Origin: Octopus sinensis
Lineage: Eukaryota
Length of the DNA: 31,379 bases
NCBI RefSeq assembly: GCF_006345805.1
Contig: NW_021832342.1
Coordinates: forward strand, 1 to 31,379
Direction: 5' to 3'
Of the stretch, positions 21,274 to 31,379 are shown piece after piece. Below the pieces are notes generated by a model. The model saw only the letters and a program-made list of their open reading frames with translations, did not search any database and was not told where the DNA came from. Position numbers and translations under genes: made by a program. The stretch's first letter is position 1. Every line of letters starts with the position of its first letter.

Positions 21274-21711
21274 GTTTGAGTTTGAAAACACTGAAAATGG
21301 GAGCATACCCTTTCGGCTTGTTATCGCTTCTGAAGATCTGCTCCCACTAACAGTGCTAGCTAACTCAAATATGCAAGAAAAAATTTCTGTTCTCCCCTTT
21401 CCACCAGCGTGGGTTAAAATCAGCAAACACTATGCTTTTTTTCGGTAAAATCCAAGACAATTAAGTAGAGAGAGATGAATTATAATTTAACAATTGAGGG
21501 TAAAATTAATTAATTAATTAATCAATTTCACCAAGTATTCAGTATGCAAAGGGACCATTTAAGGCAAATTCAAATTATTACATTATATAAAAGGGCTTAG
21601 TAAAATAAATTACTTGCCGCATACTGAACTCGTTAGAAATAGCAGCTAAAAAAAATATTTCTAACACTTAAAGAAAACCTCTCTCATATAGTGCTTGCTC
21701 AATTCAACCCA

Positions 21712-21972
21712 TGATTTTTTAATGTCTCTACCCTCATACTTTCTTGGGTTGAATGAGCAAGCACTATATGAGAGAGGTTTTCTTTAAGTGTTAGAAATAG
21801 TTTTTTTAGCTGCTATTTCTAACGAGTTCAGTATGCGGCAAAGTAATTTATTTTACTAAGCCCTTTTATATAATGTAATAATTTGAATTTGCCTTAAATG
21901 GTCCCTTTGCATACTGAATACTTGGTGAAATGATTAATTAATTAATTAATTTTACCCTCAATTGTTGAAATT
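21712..21972 (+). repeat. Inverted partial unit closing array 2 (~228-bp-arm palindrome, 33-nt loop)
   Basis: 21745-21972 is the reverse complement of ~21484-21711 and is followed by (TA)n. Confidence 0.9.
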
Positions 21973-22340
21973 ATATATATATATATATATAAATGGTGAA
22001 TCCCAGTGCATGATGAGTTTCATGTTTAAAGATGTGTTGGAACGTGATCCGGCATTTAAAATACCAAAAACGGTCCATGAAAGGGAGTATGTAGTTTAAG
22101 GCTCATGTTTGTTTATGACTTAAATCCTTAGGACGATTGGTTTCTAATCAAGAAACAAAGTTCCGGTCTTGGAATATAACTATTAACAACAATACTGGTT
22201 TGCTTGCTTAGATTTAGAAAATTCTTGCATATTTTCCGTGTTCCACCAACAGGAATTTTTTTATTACTTTGAAGAATATGATGGACTTCGACTTTGCATG
22301 ATTGCCTAAATTTTTCAAGGTTTTTTTTCTTTTAGTAATA

Positions 22341-22759
22341 GGGCTTTGTGCTTTGGAACCTAGCGTTTTGAGTTCAGTTCCACTGCGCAGTACCTCGAGC
22401 AAGTATCTGTTACAATAACCCCTGCCTGATCAAATCCTTGCGAGTGAATTAGGTAAACGGAAACTGAGTTGAAGCCCGTCGCATGTGTGGTTGTGTTTAT
22501 GTGCGTGTGTGTATGTCTGTCTGTCTGTCAGTCTATTTATTAATTTATGTTTGTTTGTTCCTGCCAACCGCTTCACAACCAGTGATTGTTTGTCAACATC
22601 CCCCGTAATACAAGCGGTTCGGCAAAAAGGATTGATAGACTAAGTACCAGACTTGAAAATAAGGACCGGCGTCGATTTGTTTGACCAAACCCTTCAAGGC
22701 TGTGCCCCAGTAAGGCCACAGTCCAGTGGCTGAAACAAGTAAAAGATAAATGATAAATG
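22341..22759 (+). mobile_element. Diverged SINE S2
   Basis: B-box-like GAGTTCAGTTCC, ACGGAAACTGA...GAAGCCCGTCG, an internal microsatellite, and 3' end GCTGAAACAAGTAAAAGATAAA. Confidence 0.75.
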
Positions 22760-22776
22760 ATATCTTTGTAACACTA

Positions 22777-23117
22777 GGACAGCGAGCTGACAGAAGCGTT
22801 AGCACGCCGGGCGAAATGCTTAGTGGTATTCCGTCTGTGTTTATCTTTTGAGTTCAAATTCCGCCGAGGTCGACTTTGCCTTTTATCCTTTCGGGGTCGA
22901 TTAAATAAGTACCAGTTGCGCACTGTCGTCCTTGTTTGTCCTCTCTGTATTTAGCCCCTTGTGGGTAGTAAAGAAATAGGTATTTCGTCTGCCGCTACGG
23001 CCTAGTTCAAATTCTGCCAAGGGATAAACTAAGTACCATTTGCCTACTGAGGTCCATTCTGATCCACTGGACCCCTCCCCCAAAATTTCGGATCTTGTGC
23101 CTAGAGTAGAAAAGAAT
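22777..23117 (+). mobile_element. SINE S1, independent two-module insertion with 16-bp TSD
   Basis: TSD ATATCTTTGTAACACT (22760-22775) and ATATCTTCGTAACACT (23116-23131). Confidence 0.87.
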
Positions 23118-23559
23118 ATCTTCGTAACACTGTATGATAATGATTGTGGACACAAAGTTGATGGTTTCGAATCAGTTGTCCATAATGTTCATTTTTCCTT
23201 TTTCTGTTTTCTTTTTTCATTGATTTTGAATGAAATGTTCACATCCATCGGATACACTTGCCTCTATAACAATACATAATGTGTTGTTTTCGGTGTCTAA
23301 CAACTTAGTACGGTCTGTTTTGCTTGCATTTTTGTGAAACTTTTCATGTGAATGTTCCTTCAATATTCTTTGCAGTGAAATGTGTGAATGTACTCAACAT
23401 TAATGTACACACGTTAGTATGTTGTTTTATCTATCCTAGGGCAGTCTTTTAATAAGAAAAAATACTGTATATTGTTTTACGTATAATATCATGTTGCATT
23501 GAAAGATGCTTTTTTATGATACTTGGGCCAGCTGTTGATACATGCGTAATGTCTCCTAC

Positions 23560-23605
23560 GGATATGTGACATGTAGCTATGCATACATATATACATACAT
23601 ATATA

Positions 23606-23644
<39 letters not shown>

Positions 23645-23960
23645 TATATGCCTGTTTGTATTTATTTATGTATGTATGTATGTATGTATGCATTTGTAAG
23701 CGTGTGGGCGTGTGCAGGTACGTTTGAATGAATGAATTAATGAATGGTGTATGTAAGCACTTTGTGTGGTATGTTAGTATACATGTACGTATGTCTGTAT
23801 ATATGTTTGTACGTATTACATATATGTTGTTGTATATATGCATACATGTGCATATGTAAGAATTTATCTATCTGTATATGTATGTCTCCTTGTATGAATA
23901 TATGTATATATTTGCGTGAATGTATGTAGCTATATGTGTATGTCTGTACAAGTATACGTT
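23560..23960. repeat. Degenerate TA/ATGT-rich microsatellite region
   Basis: Directly visible. Confidence 0.8.
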
Positions 23961-25155
23961 TGTACCATAGTCTTCTGAAGACTGACTGAAAGTCCGAACT
24001 CTTCCCACGCAACTGAGAAACAGTCCGTCAGGAGCTGCGTATTTTCCTCAGAGTAGGTTATGAGATTGCAAACAGCAACGTAAAGGAGATTATGAATGAG
24101 AGTCAGGACAATTTTTTTTATCTGTAGTAAAACGACGGATGTTGAAAAGCTCTCCTGTTGTGCGGTAACGGATGTTGATACCGACTTCACAATGCGCAAG
24201 GCATGCAAATTAACAATAACAAATATGGCGAACAATATAGGAAACAGGTGATCACCCTGTTTAACACTAGATTCAAACTAAGATGGATTCCGGTAGTGCG
24301 CCGTTACTTTCATGTTACCACAAAGAGATTGAAAGACACCTATCGACTTTTCCGGATACCCCAACTTGAGAAGGACTCACCAATGTAGTGTTGGTAAAAT
24401 TAATGTAACACTTGTACGGGTCAGATTGTTGTTCTCTGGGCTTGTCTTGAACCTGTTGAGCCGAAAGATTTTCTACCTCGATTTTATCGAAAACCACGTT
24501 GTGATTCGAGAAGAATGTCTGGTGCAACATGAACCAACAACCGATTGAAAAGTATCCTTACAAAGGTTTTTCCAACAATTGACAACAAGGAAATCCTATG
24601 TTAGTAATTACATATGCCTTTCTTATACAAAGAACCGAGAAAGGCTTCTCTCCACTCTTGTGGGATTTCGCCTCTTGTCCACACTATGTGAAATATGATA
24701 AATAAAAGCCCCAGTGTCTCATCAACACCTTTCTGAACCAGTTCAACTACTATGCCACGATTGCCAAGAGCTTTCCCGGTGTTCATCAATATTACAGCTA
24801 CCATTATTTCATTATTAAGGGTTGGATCATCAACCCGGTGGATTATCAAGCTGTTGAATCACAGACCTTCGATTGTAGCAGGATTTGCTACAGCCTCACA
24901 GTTCAAGACATCGCCAAGAAACTACCGGTCGCTGGCTTTGATTTCGTCTCGCTTGCACAGCAGTGAATTACCTGCCTTTGCTCGCAGAGGTTCAAAGACG
25001 GAGAATGGTGGGCCTACACTGCACGCAATTGATTGCACAGAGATTTCTAATCTCGTTTGTCAGCGACTAAACGTCCTTTTTCTTGCGACGAAACGTACTT
25101 TGCTGCCCGTAGCTCTTGCTGGAAGGCATCAGAAAGCCTCGTTTCTGAGAGCGTA
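23960..25155 (-). mobile_element. Degenerate RTE-clade LINE, RT domain
   Basis: Broken minus frames: PTLNNEIMVAVILMNTGKALGNRGIVVELVQKG...IVWTRGEIPQEWREA...LYKKG; SAQQVQDKPREQQ..YKCYINFT; YSEENTQLLTDCFSVAWEEFGLSVSLQKTMV. These resemble decayed RTE RT motifs. Confidence 0.85.
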
Positions 25156-25239
25156 AATATACAGAGACTATATCGAGACAATTCACTACATATGAAAGCA
25201 GTACGGTACTCAGTTCAGAACCGTACCAATTCTACACAT

Positions 25240-25520
<281 letters not shown>

Positions 25521-25573
25521 GAACGCCACGCAGCCTCTTCCAAGTAAGTTTTATCTTCTACCTACCAATCTAC

Positions 25574-25605
<32 letters not shown>

Positions 25606-26019
25606 TATCTATCTATCTATATGTGTGTGATTGTATGTGTGTGTATGTGTATGTGTGTGTGTGTACTTGAAGGTATATGAACAAACACAATTTAGACACC
25701 CATTATTACATCGTTATGCCACACGCTTAAGTATAGAGTACACACACACAGACACACACATGCACACAGACGTGGACACACACACACAGAGGGAGATAGA
25801 GGGAGAGAGGGGGAAGGAAGGAAGAGGGACGAGAGAAAGGTTATGCTGTGTGATGTCAGAGAAGTGATTTATGGAGAAGTAAACCAATAAAAGAACGAGA
25901 GGTGGGATACGACATGTATAACATACCAAAAATATCGAATAAGATATACATAACAACATCTCGCGACATACCTATCTATTTATCTGTTCCTCTCTCTCTA
26001 TCTTTCTTTCTCTCTCTCT

Positions 26020-26129
26020 CACTACATGCATACATATATATATATGTATATATATATATATGTATATATATTATATATATATATATAATATATATACATA
26101 TTATATATCATATATATATATATATATAC

Positions 26130-26183
<54 letters not shown>

Positions 26184-26660
26184 ATATAGATATAGATATA
26201 TATATATATATATAATATATATATATATTATATATATATAAAGAGAGAGAAAAATACAGACAGTTATATACAAATATACATACAGACATATACACACGCA
26301 CACATATGCATACAAGTATATATGTTTGTATCACATACATAAATATATATGTTGTGTGTGGTGTGTGTGTGTGCATGTATGTATACGCACCACACCATAC
26401 AGAAAAGAAGGGCAGAACAGACAGAGAAGTGCATGTGTGTGCATGGCGTGCGTGAGCGTTGGTAGGTTGTGTGGTGTGGTGTGTGTGCGTGGTGTGTGTG
26501 TGGTGTGTGTGTGTGCATGTATGTATACGCACACACACATACAGAAAAGAAGGGCAGACAGACAGAGAAGTGCATGTGTGTGCATGCGTGCGTGAGCGTG
26601 TGTATTGTGGGTGTGTGGGTGTGTGCGTGGGTGGGTGTGTGGTGTGTGTGTGAATATAAT
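26020..26660. repeat. (TA)n then (TG)-rich low-complexity tract with a ~140-bp tandem duplication
   Basis: ATACAGAAAAGAAGGGCAGA..CAGACAGAGAAGTGCATGTG occurs at ~26397 and ~26540. Confidence 0.85.
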
Positions 26661-26871
26661 TTACGGCCAAAACAAAGTGATAAACAAACGTTAGAGTTTC
26701 AAACCAGCTGTTGATAATGATAGCACGATACGTCGTGGTGACGGCTGGGAAGTGACTGTGGGCAGTCATGGTGATGATGGTTATGAAGTGGTGATGGTGA
26801 TGGTGATGGTGATGTTGACTTATAGTATTGGTGTAATAGATGAGAGTGGTGGTAGTGACACTGTCGACGGT

Positions 26872-26913
26872 TGTTGGCTTATTGGCAAAGAGTGAGATTA
26901 CAATATATATATA

Positions 26914-26958
<45 letters not shown>

Positions 26959-26983
26959 CGATCTCTTCGCCAACAAGCCAACA
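26872..26983. repeat. Imperfect ~32-bp inverted repeat enclosing (TA)n (MITE-like)
   Basis: GTTGGCTTATTGGCAAAGAG...ACAATATA versus the reverse complement GTTGGCTTGTTGGCGAAGAG...ACAATATA. Confidence 0.7.
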
Positions 26984-27039
26984 CACACACGCACACATAA
27001 TATATGTGTGTCTATATGTGTGTACATATAATAATAAAG

Positions 27040-27205
27040 GATAAAATTAATTAATCAATTAATAATTAATAGTTAGTAATTCGGTATGTTAAAAGAACCA
27101 TTATCGGTAACCTTATACAAAAATTCTATAATTATAATCATAATTATAATTAGGGTTCAGCAAAAATTGCCTCACCACATACCGAAATTTAGAAATAGCA
27201 GTTAA
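27040..27205 (-). repeat. Distant, hammerhead-less fragment of the ~550-bp retrozyme-like family
   Basis: TAAAATTAATTAATCAATT...TTCGGTATGT...TAATTAGGGTTCAGCAAAAATT...ACATACCGAA...TTAGAAATAGCAG is colinear with the unit junction region. Confidence 0.7.
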
Positions 27206-27299
27206 ATACTATTCCACTACCATCTACTACCATCTATTTTCCTTTACTAGCTTCAGCTGCGGCCAGGCTGGAGCACTGCTGTTAGCTTTGCTGCACTTT

Positions 27300-27560
27300 T
27301 ACTACTTGAAACTTCTGGTATGTGACATTTGGTGAATGAGGGAGTTTGATGTTGCTGTCCCCATCTGAGTTTCCTCCCGTGAGGTAGGTCCACCTGGGAC
27401 TCTTGACAGAAGGAGACCCAGTGTTGTTTTGAAGACGCCTACATCCACCCAACGTAGGTATACCTTACTTTCGGAGATGATATTGAAGACCTTAAAACCC
27501 ACGCTGTTACAGTATCTGGTCCTGTATCTTGATGGCAATTGTGGGATCTTTGGCACTATG
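27300..27560 (-). mobile_element. 3' end of a CR1/L2-group LINE (second family)
   Basis: PKIPQLPSRYRTRYCNSVGFKVFNII...VDVGVFKTTLGLLLSRVP...SNSLIHQ resembles a LINE ORF2 C-terminus. Confidence 0.65.
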
Positions 27561-27739
27561 CAGAGGCTGATTTGCTGTATATTTTTTTTATTCTTTTACT
27601 AGTTCCAGTCACTTGACTGCGGCCATACTCGAACACGTATAACTTTCAATTTCAAAGTTTGGTACAAGTTCTTACACGATTTTCCAGATTTATATTATTG
27701 CATATCTTTCCACCTTTTTTCAGCTTCTCCCAGTACTCC

Positions 27740-27986
27740 TTTATTCTTTTACTTGTTTCAGTCATTTGACTGTGGCCATGCTTGGAGCACCGCCTTTAGT
27801 CGAGCATTTCGACCCCAGGACTTTTTCTTTGAAAGCCTAGTATTTATTCTATCGGTCTCTTTTGTCGAACCGCTAAGCTATGGGGACGTAAACACACCAG
27901 CATCGGTTGTCAAGCGATGTTGGGGGGACAAACACAGACACACAAACATACACACACACACACACAACACACACACAACACACACA

Positions 27987-28017
<31 letters not shown>

Positions 28018-28018
28018 C

Positions 28019-28061
<43 letters not shown>

Positions 28062-28227
28062 GACCAGGCTTCTTTCAGTTTCCGTCTACCAAATCCATTC
28101 ACAAGGCTCTGGTCGGCCCGAGGCTATAGTAGAAGACACTTGCCCAAGGTCCCACGCGGTGGGACTGAACCCGGAACCATGTGGTTGGTAAGCAAGCTAC
28201 TTACCACACAGCCACTCCTACACCTAT
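27740..28227 (-). mobile_element. Full-length SINE S2 (tRNA-like head, internal (TA)(CA) microsatellite, 3' module)
   Basis: Head GGAGTGGCTGTGTGGTAAG...GGTTCAGTCCC (A/B-box-like), then CCTTGGGCAAG, and 3' end GACTGAAACAAGTAAAAGAA. It lies between two LINE fragments. Confidence 0.85.
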
Positions 28228-28249
28228 AGTAGCTGACATGTTACATTGA

Positions 28250-28545
28250 GGCGATCTCTTTGTGTAGCTTCACTGGATTGCTTCGAGTTCTGCTATTAAT
28301 TTTACACTTGGTGATCAGTAGTCTGAACAGCTGAGGACAAATGTACATCGGACAACCATCATGGATTCCTTTTCTCTCATTCTGAAAGTTCTAAGGATCC
28401 ATCTGGCTAGCTGCCAGCCTTTTATTACAGACTTAGTAATATGCACCTGGAAAGAGGCATCACTACTCATGTCAATGCATAGGTCGGGCACCGATTTCGA
28501 TTCGGGGATTGCATTCCCTCCTGGAACAATGTAACCTGCCTGCAT
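28250..28545 (-). mobile_element. CR1/L2-group LINE RT-thumb fragment
   Basis: SVPDLCIDMSSDASFQVHI...WILRTFRMR...FVLSCSDY*SPSVKLIAELEAIQ*SYTKR resembles RDLG..MS..F..HI...WILRTF..LDYCS..LE.IQR.YTK. Confidence 0.8.
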
Positions 28546-28614
28546 TTCATTCAGCTTTGTGTGCTGAATGAAATGAAGGGTTTGAAATTTCTATATTATT
28601 TCACCATATATTCA

Positions 28615-28697
28615 TTTATGTATGTATGTATGTATGTATGTATGTATGTATGTATGTATGTATGTATGTATGTATGTATGTATGTATGTATGTATGT
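28615..28697. repeat. (ATGT)n microsatellite
   Basis: About 20 near-perfect units. Confidence 0.95.
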
Positions 28698-28850
28698 CAA
28701 TTTTTAGTATCAGCTGTAGATACTAAGGGCGACTCGAAAGATCAGGAAATAGGGGTACTGTTATTTTAACGGTAGGACATCGTTGTCTAGGGAGTAGAAC
28801 ACGCAACAGTTCCTTAGCAAAATGACTGATACGTATACTACAGTGCTGAT

Positions 28851-28884
<34 letters not shown>

Positions 28885-28984
28885 CGTGATACAGCTGAGA
28901 ACATGGTTACTAGTAGCTTCATATATAGATTAGTCCAGACAATCGTCAGACGGTGTGATAACCTTATGTCCGTGTGCATATGAA

Positions 28985-29330
<346 letters not shown>

Positions 29331-29509
29331 TAAACATGATTTGAAAGTAAACAACTACAAACAAAAACGATACAAAGCAGCTGTATGCTAATTTTTTATA
29401 TTATTATTATTATTATTCTGATAAGATTCGTGAAATTCCCTAGATGTCACGAGACTGTAAACACCGGAAGCATATCGCACCGGAAGTTTATCCACCGCTT
29501 GCCGGTGCC

Positions 29510-29560
29510 ATCGTCATCATTCGTCATCAGCCTCGTCATCGACCTTATCATCATCACCAC

Positions 29561-29599
<39 letters not shown>

Positions 29600-29640
29600 T
29601 ATCATCATCATCGTCACCATGACCACCACCACCACCATAC
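29510..29640. repeat. (ATC)n/(ACC)n trinucleotide repeat
   Basis: Directly visible; it produces the poly-His, poly-Ile and poly-Met ORF artefacts. Confidence 0.92.
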
Positions 29641-29967
29641 TAAGAATATCTCCATGGTGTGATAATAAGTATTATTTCAAATGTTATGATTGAATAATCC
29701 TTACCATAGTTCGGTGTATATATATATATATATATATTATAGATATATATATATATATATTATATATTATTATATATTATATATATATTATATATTAAGG
29801 GCTTAGTAAAATAAATTACTTTGCCACATACTGAACTCATTAGAAATAGCAGCTAAAGAAATTTCTTAGCTATTTCTAATACTTAAAGAAGATCTCTCTC
29901 AGATAGTGTTTGCTCAAACCAACTCACAAAAGGTATGGGGGAAAAAACGTTTTAAAAATCAAGTGCA

Positions 29968-30033
29968 AAGGTTATTTGAGAACGTACGTTCTAGATAGTC
30001 AATCGACATTTCTTTCGTCAGCTCAGAACTCCT
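29968..30033 (-). ncRNA. Hammerhead (array 3, copy 1; GAAA reduced to GAA)
   Basis: CTGACGA core is present but one core A is missing (real mutation or homopolymer error). GUU site, H17 = 29981. Confidence 0.65.
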
Positions 30034-30517
30034 GATTCGGATTTGGGAACACTGAAAGTGGGAGCATACACCTTTTGGCTTCTTTCACCTCTAGAATTCT
30101 GCTCGAAATACAAAAGTGCTATCAAATTCAAAATATGCAAGCGAAGAATTTCTGCTTCCCCTTTCCACCAGCGTGGGTTAAAATTGACAAACACTATGTT
30201 TTATCGGTAAAACCGAAGCATTAAACAGAGAGAAATGAATTATAATTAAAACAATTGAGGGTAAAATTAATTAATTATTAATCAATTTCACCAAGTATTC
30301 AGTATGTAAAGGGACCATTTAGGCGAATTCAAAATATACATTATATATAAGGGCTTAGTAAAATAAATTACTTGCCACATACTGAACTCATTAGAAATAG
30401 CAGCTAAAGTAATTTCTTTAGCTATTTCTAATACTTAAAGAAGATCTCTCTCAGATAGTGTTTGCTCAAACCAACTCACAAAGGGATGGGGGAAAAAAAA
30501 TTAAAAAATCAAGTGCA

Positions 30518-30586
30518 AAGGTTATTTGAGAACGTACGTTTCTAGATTAGTCAAAATCCATTTCTTTCGTCAGCTCAGAACTCCTT
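30518..30586 (-). ncRNA. Type I hammerhead ribozyme (array 3, copy 2)
   Basis: AAGG AGTTC TGAG CTGACGA AAGA...TCTA GAAA C GTAC GT T CTCA AATAA CCTT. GUU site, H17 = 30531. The 10.1-11.1 position is A-A. Confidence 0.82.
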
Positions 30587-31071
30587 GATTCGGATTTGGG
30601 AACACTGAAAGTGGGAGGCATACCCTTTTGGCTTCTTATCACCTCTAGAATTCTGCTCGAACTAAAAGTGCTATCAAATTCAAAATATGCAAGCGAAGAA
30701 TTTCTGCTCTCCCCTTTCCACCAGCGGGGTTAAAATTGACAAACACTATGTTTTATCGGTAAAACCGAAGCATTAAACAGAGAGAAATGAATTATAATTT
30801 CAACAATTGAGGGTAAAATAATAATTAATATTAATCAATTTCACCAAGTATTCAGTATGTAAAGGGACCATTTTAGGCGATTCAAAATATTACATTATAT
30901 ATAAGGGCTTAGTAAAATAAATTACTTTGCCACATACTGAACTCATTAGATAGCAGCTAAGAAATTTCTTTAGCTATTTCTAATACTTAAAGAAGATCTC
31001 TCTCAGATAGTGTTTGCTCAAACCAACTCACAAAAGGTATGGGGGAAAAAAACATTAAAAAATCAAGTGCA

Positions 31072-31140
31072 AAGGTTATTGAGAACGTACGTTTCTAGAT
31101 TAGTCAAATCGACATTTCTTTCGTCAGCTCAGAACTCCTT
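31072..31140 (-). ncRNA. Type I hammerhead ribozyme (array 3, copy 3)
   Basis: Stem II AAGA AAT GTCG ATT TGAC TAA TCTA. H17 = 31084. Confidence 0.82.
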
Positions 31141-31379
31141 GATTCGGATTTGGGAACACTGAAAGTGGAGCATACCCTTTTGGCTTCTTATCACCTCTAG
31201 AATTCTGCTCGAACTAAAAGTGCTATCAAATTCAAAATATGCAAGCGAAGAATTTCTGCTCTCCCCTTTCCACAAGCGTGGGTTAAAATTGACAAACACT
31301 ATGTTTTATCGGTAAAACCGAAGCATTAAACAGAGAGAAATGAATTATATATATATATATATTATATATATATATATAT

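Larger units (their letters stand above)
19941..21711 (-). repeat. Retrozyme-like tandem array 2 (~550-bp unit, ~3.2 copies)
   Basis: A(G)GGCTTAG unit starts at 19941, ~20490, 21041 and 21591. The left flank is (TA)n. One hammerhead per full unit. Confidence 0.92.
29797..31348 (-). repeat. Retrozyme-like tandem array 3 (~553-bp unit, ~2.8 copies)
   Basis: AAGGGCTTAG at 29797, 30349 and 30903. (TA)n lies on both sides. Confidence 0.92.

Noticed and set aside
20045-21448. Repeated ORF MLNSTQESMRVETLKNQMQRLFEY... in array 2
   Set aside because: It starts at TTG, frameshifts between copies, is not conserved in arrays 1 and 3, and lies antisense to the ribozyme.
22005-22200. Possible C/D snoRNA (ATGATGA near 22010)
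   Set aside because: No convincing D box or terminal stem was found.

Overview
Repeat-dense, AT-rich animal genomic DNA with no intact protein-coding gene. The SINE families and microsatellite profile resemble octopus/coleoid cephalopod DNA (from recall, not a database search). Three layers stand out. (1) 871-18420: a cluster of 17 tRNA-Leu genes (12 AAG, 5 TAG) in a nested higher-order duplication (units A-D). Each unit opens with a dead Merlin/IS1595(ISXO2)-like transposase remnant; depending on the unit they also carry CR1 and RTE LINE fragments, a multimeric SINE and a hAT-Charlie-like MITE. (2) Three tandem arrays of a ~550-563 bp unit (6741-7638, 19941-21972, 29797-31348), mostly flanked by (TA)n. 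Each full unit carries a type I hammerhead ribozyme on the minus strand (CUGANGA...GAAA, NUH site, minimal stem III) and covarying stems, which fits a non-LTR retrozyme-like family predicted to make ~550-nt self-cleaved or circular RNAs. This is the most interesting signal. (3) Decayed LINEs, SINEs, long microsatellites, a ~64-bp 28S rRNA fragment inside a TA tract, and several informative rearrangement junctions. Most ORFs in the supplied track are microsatellite translation artefacts.
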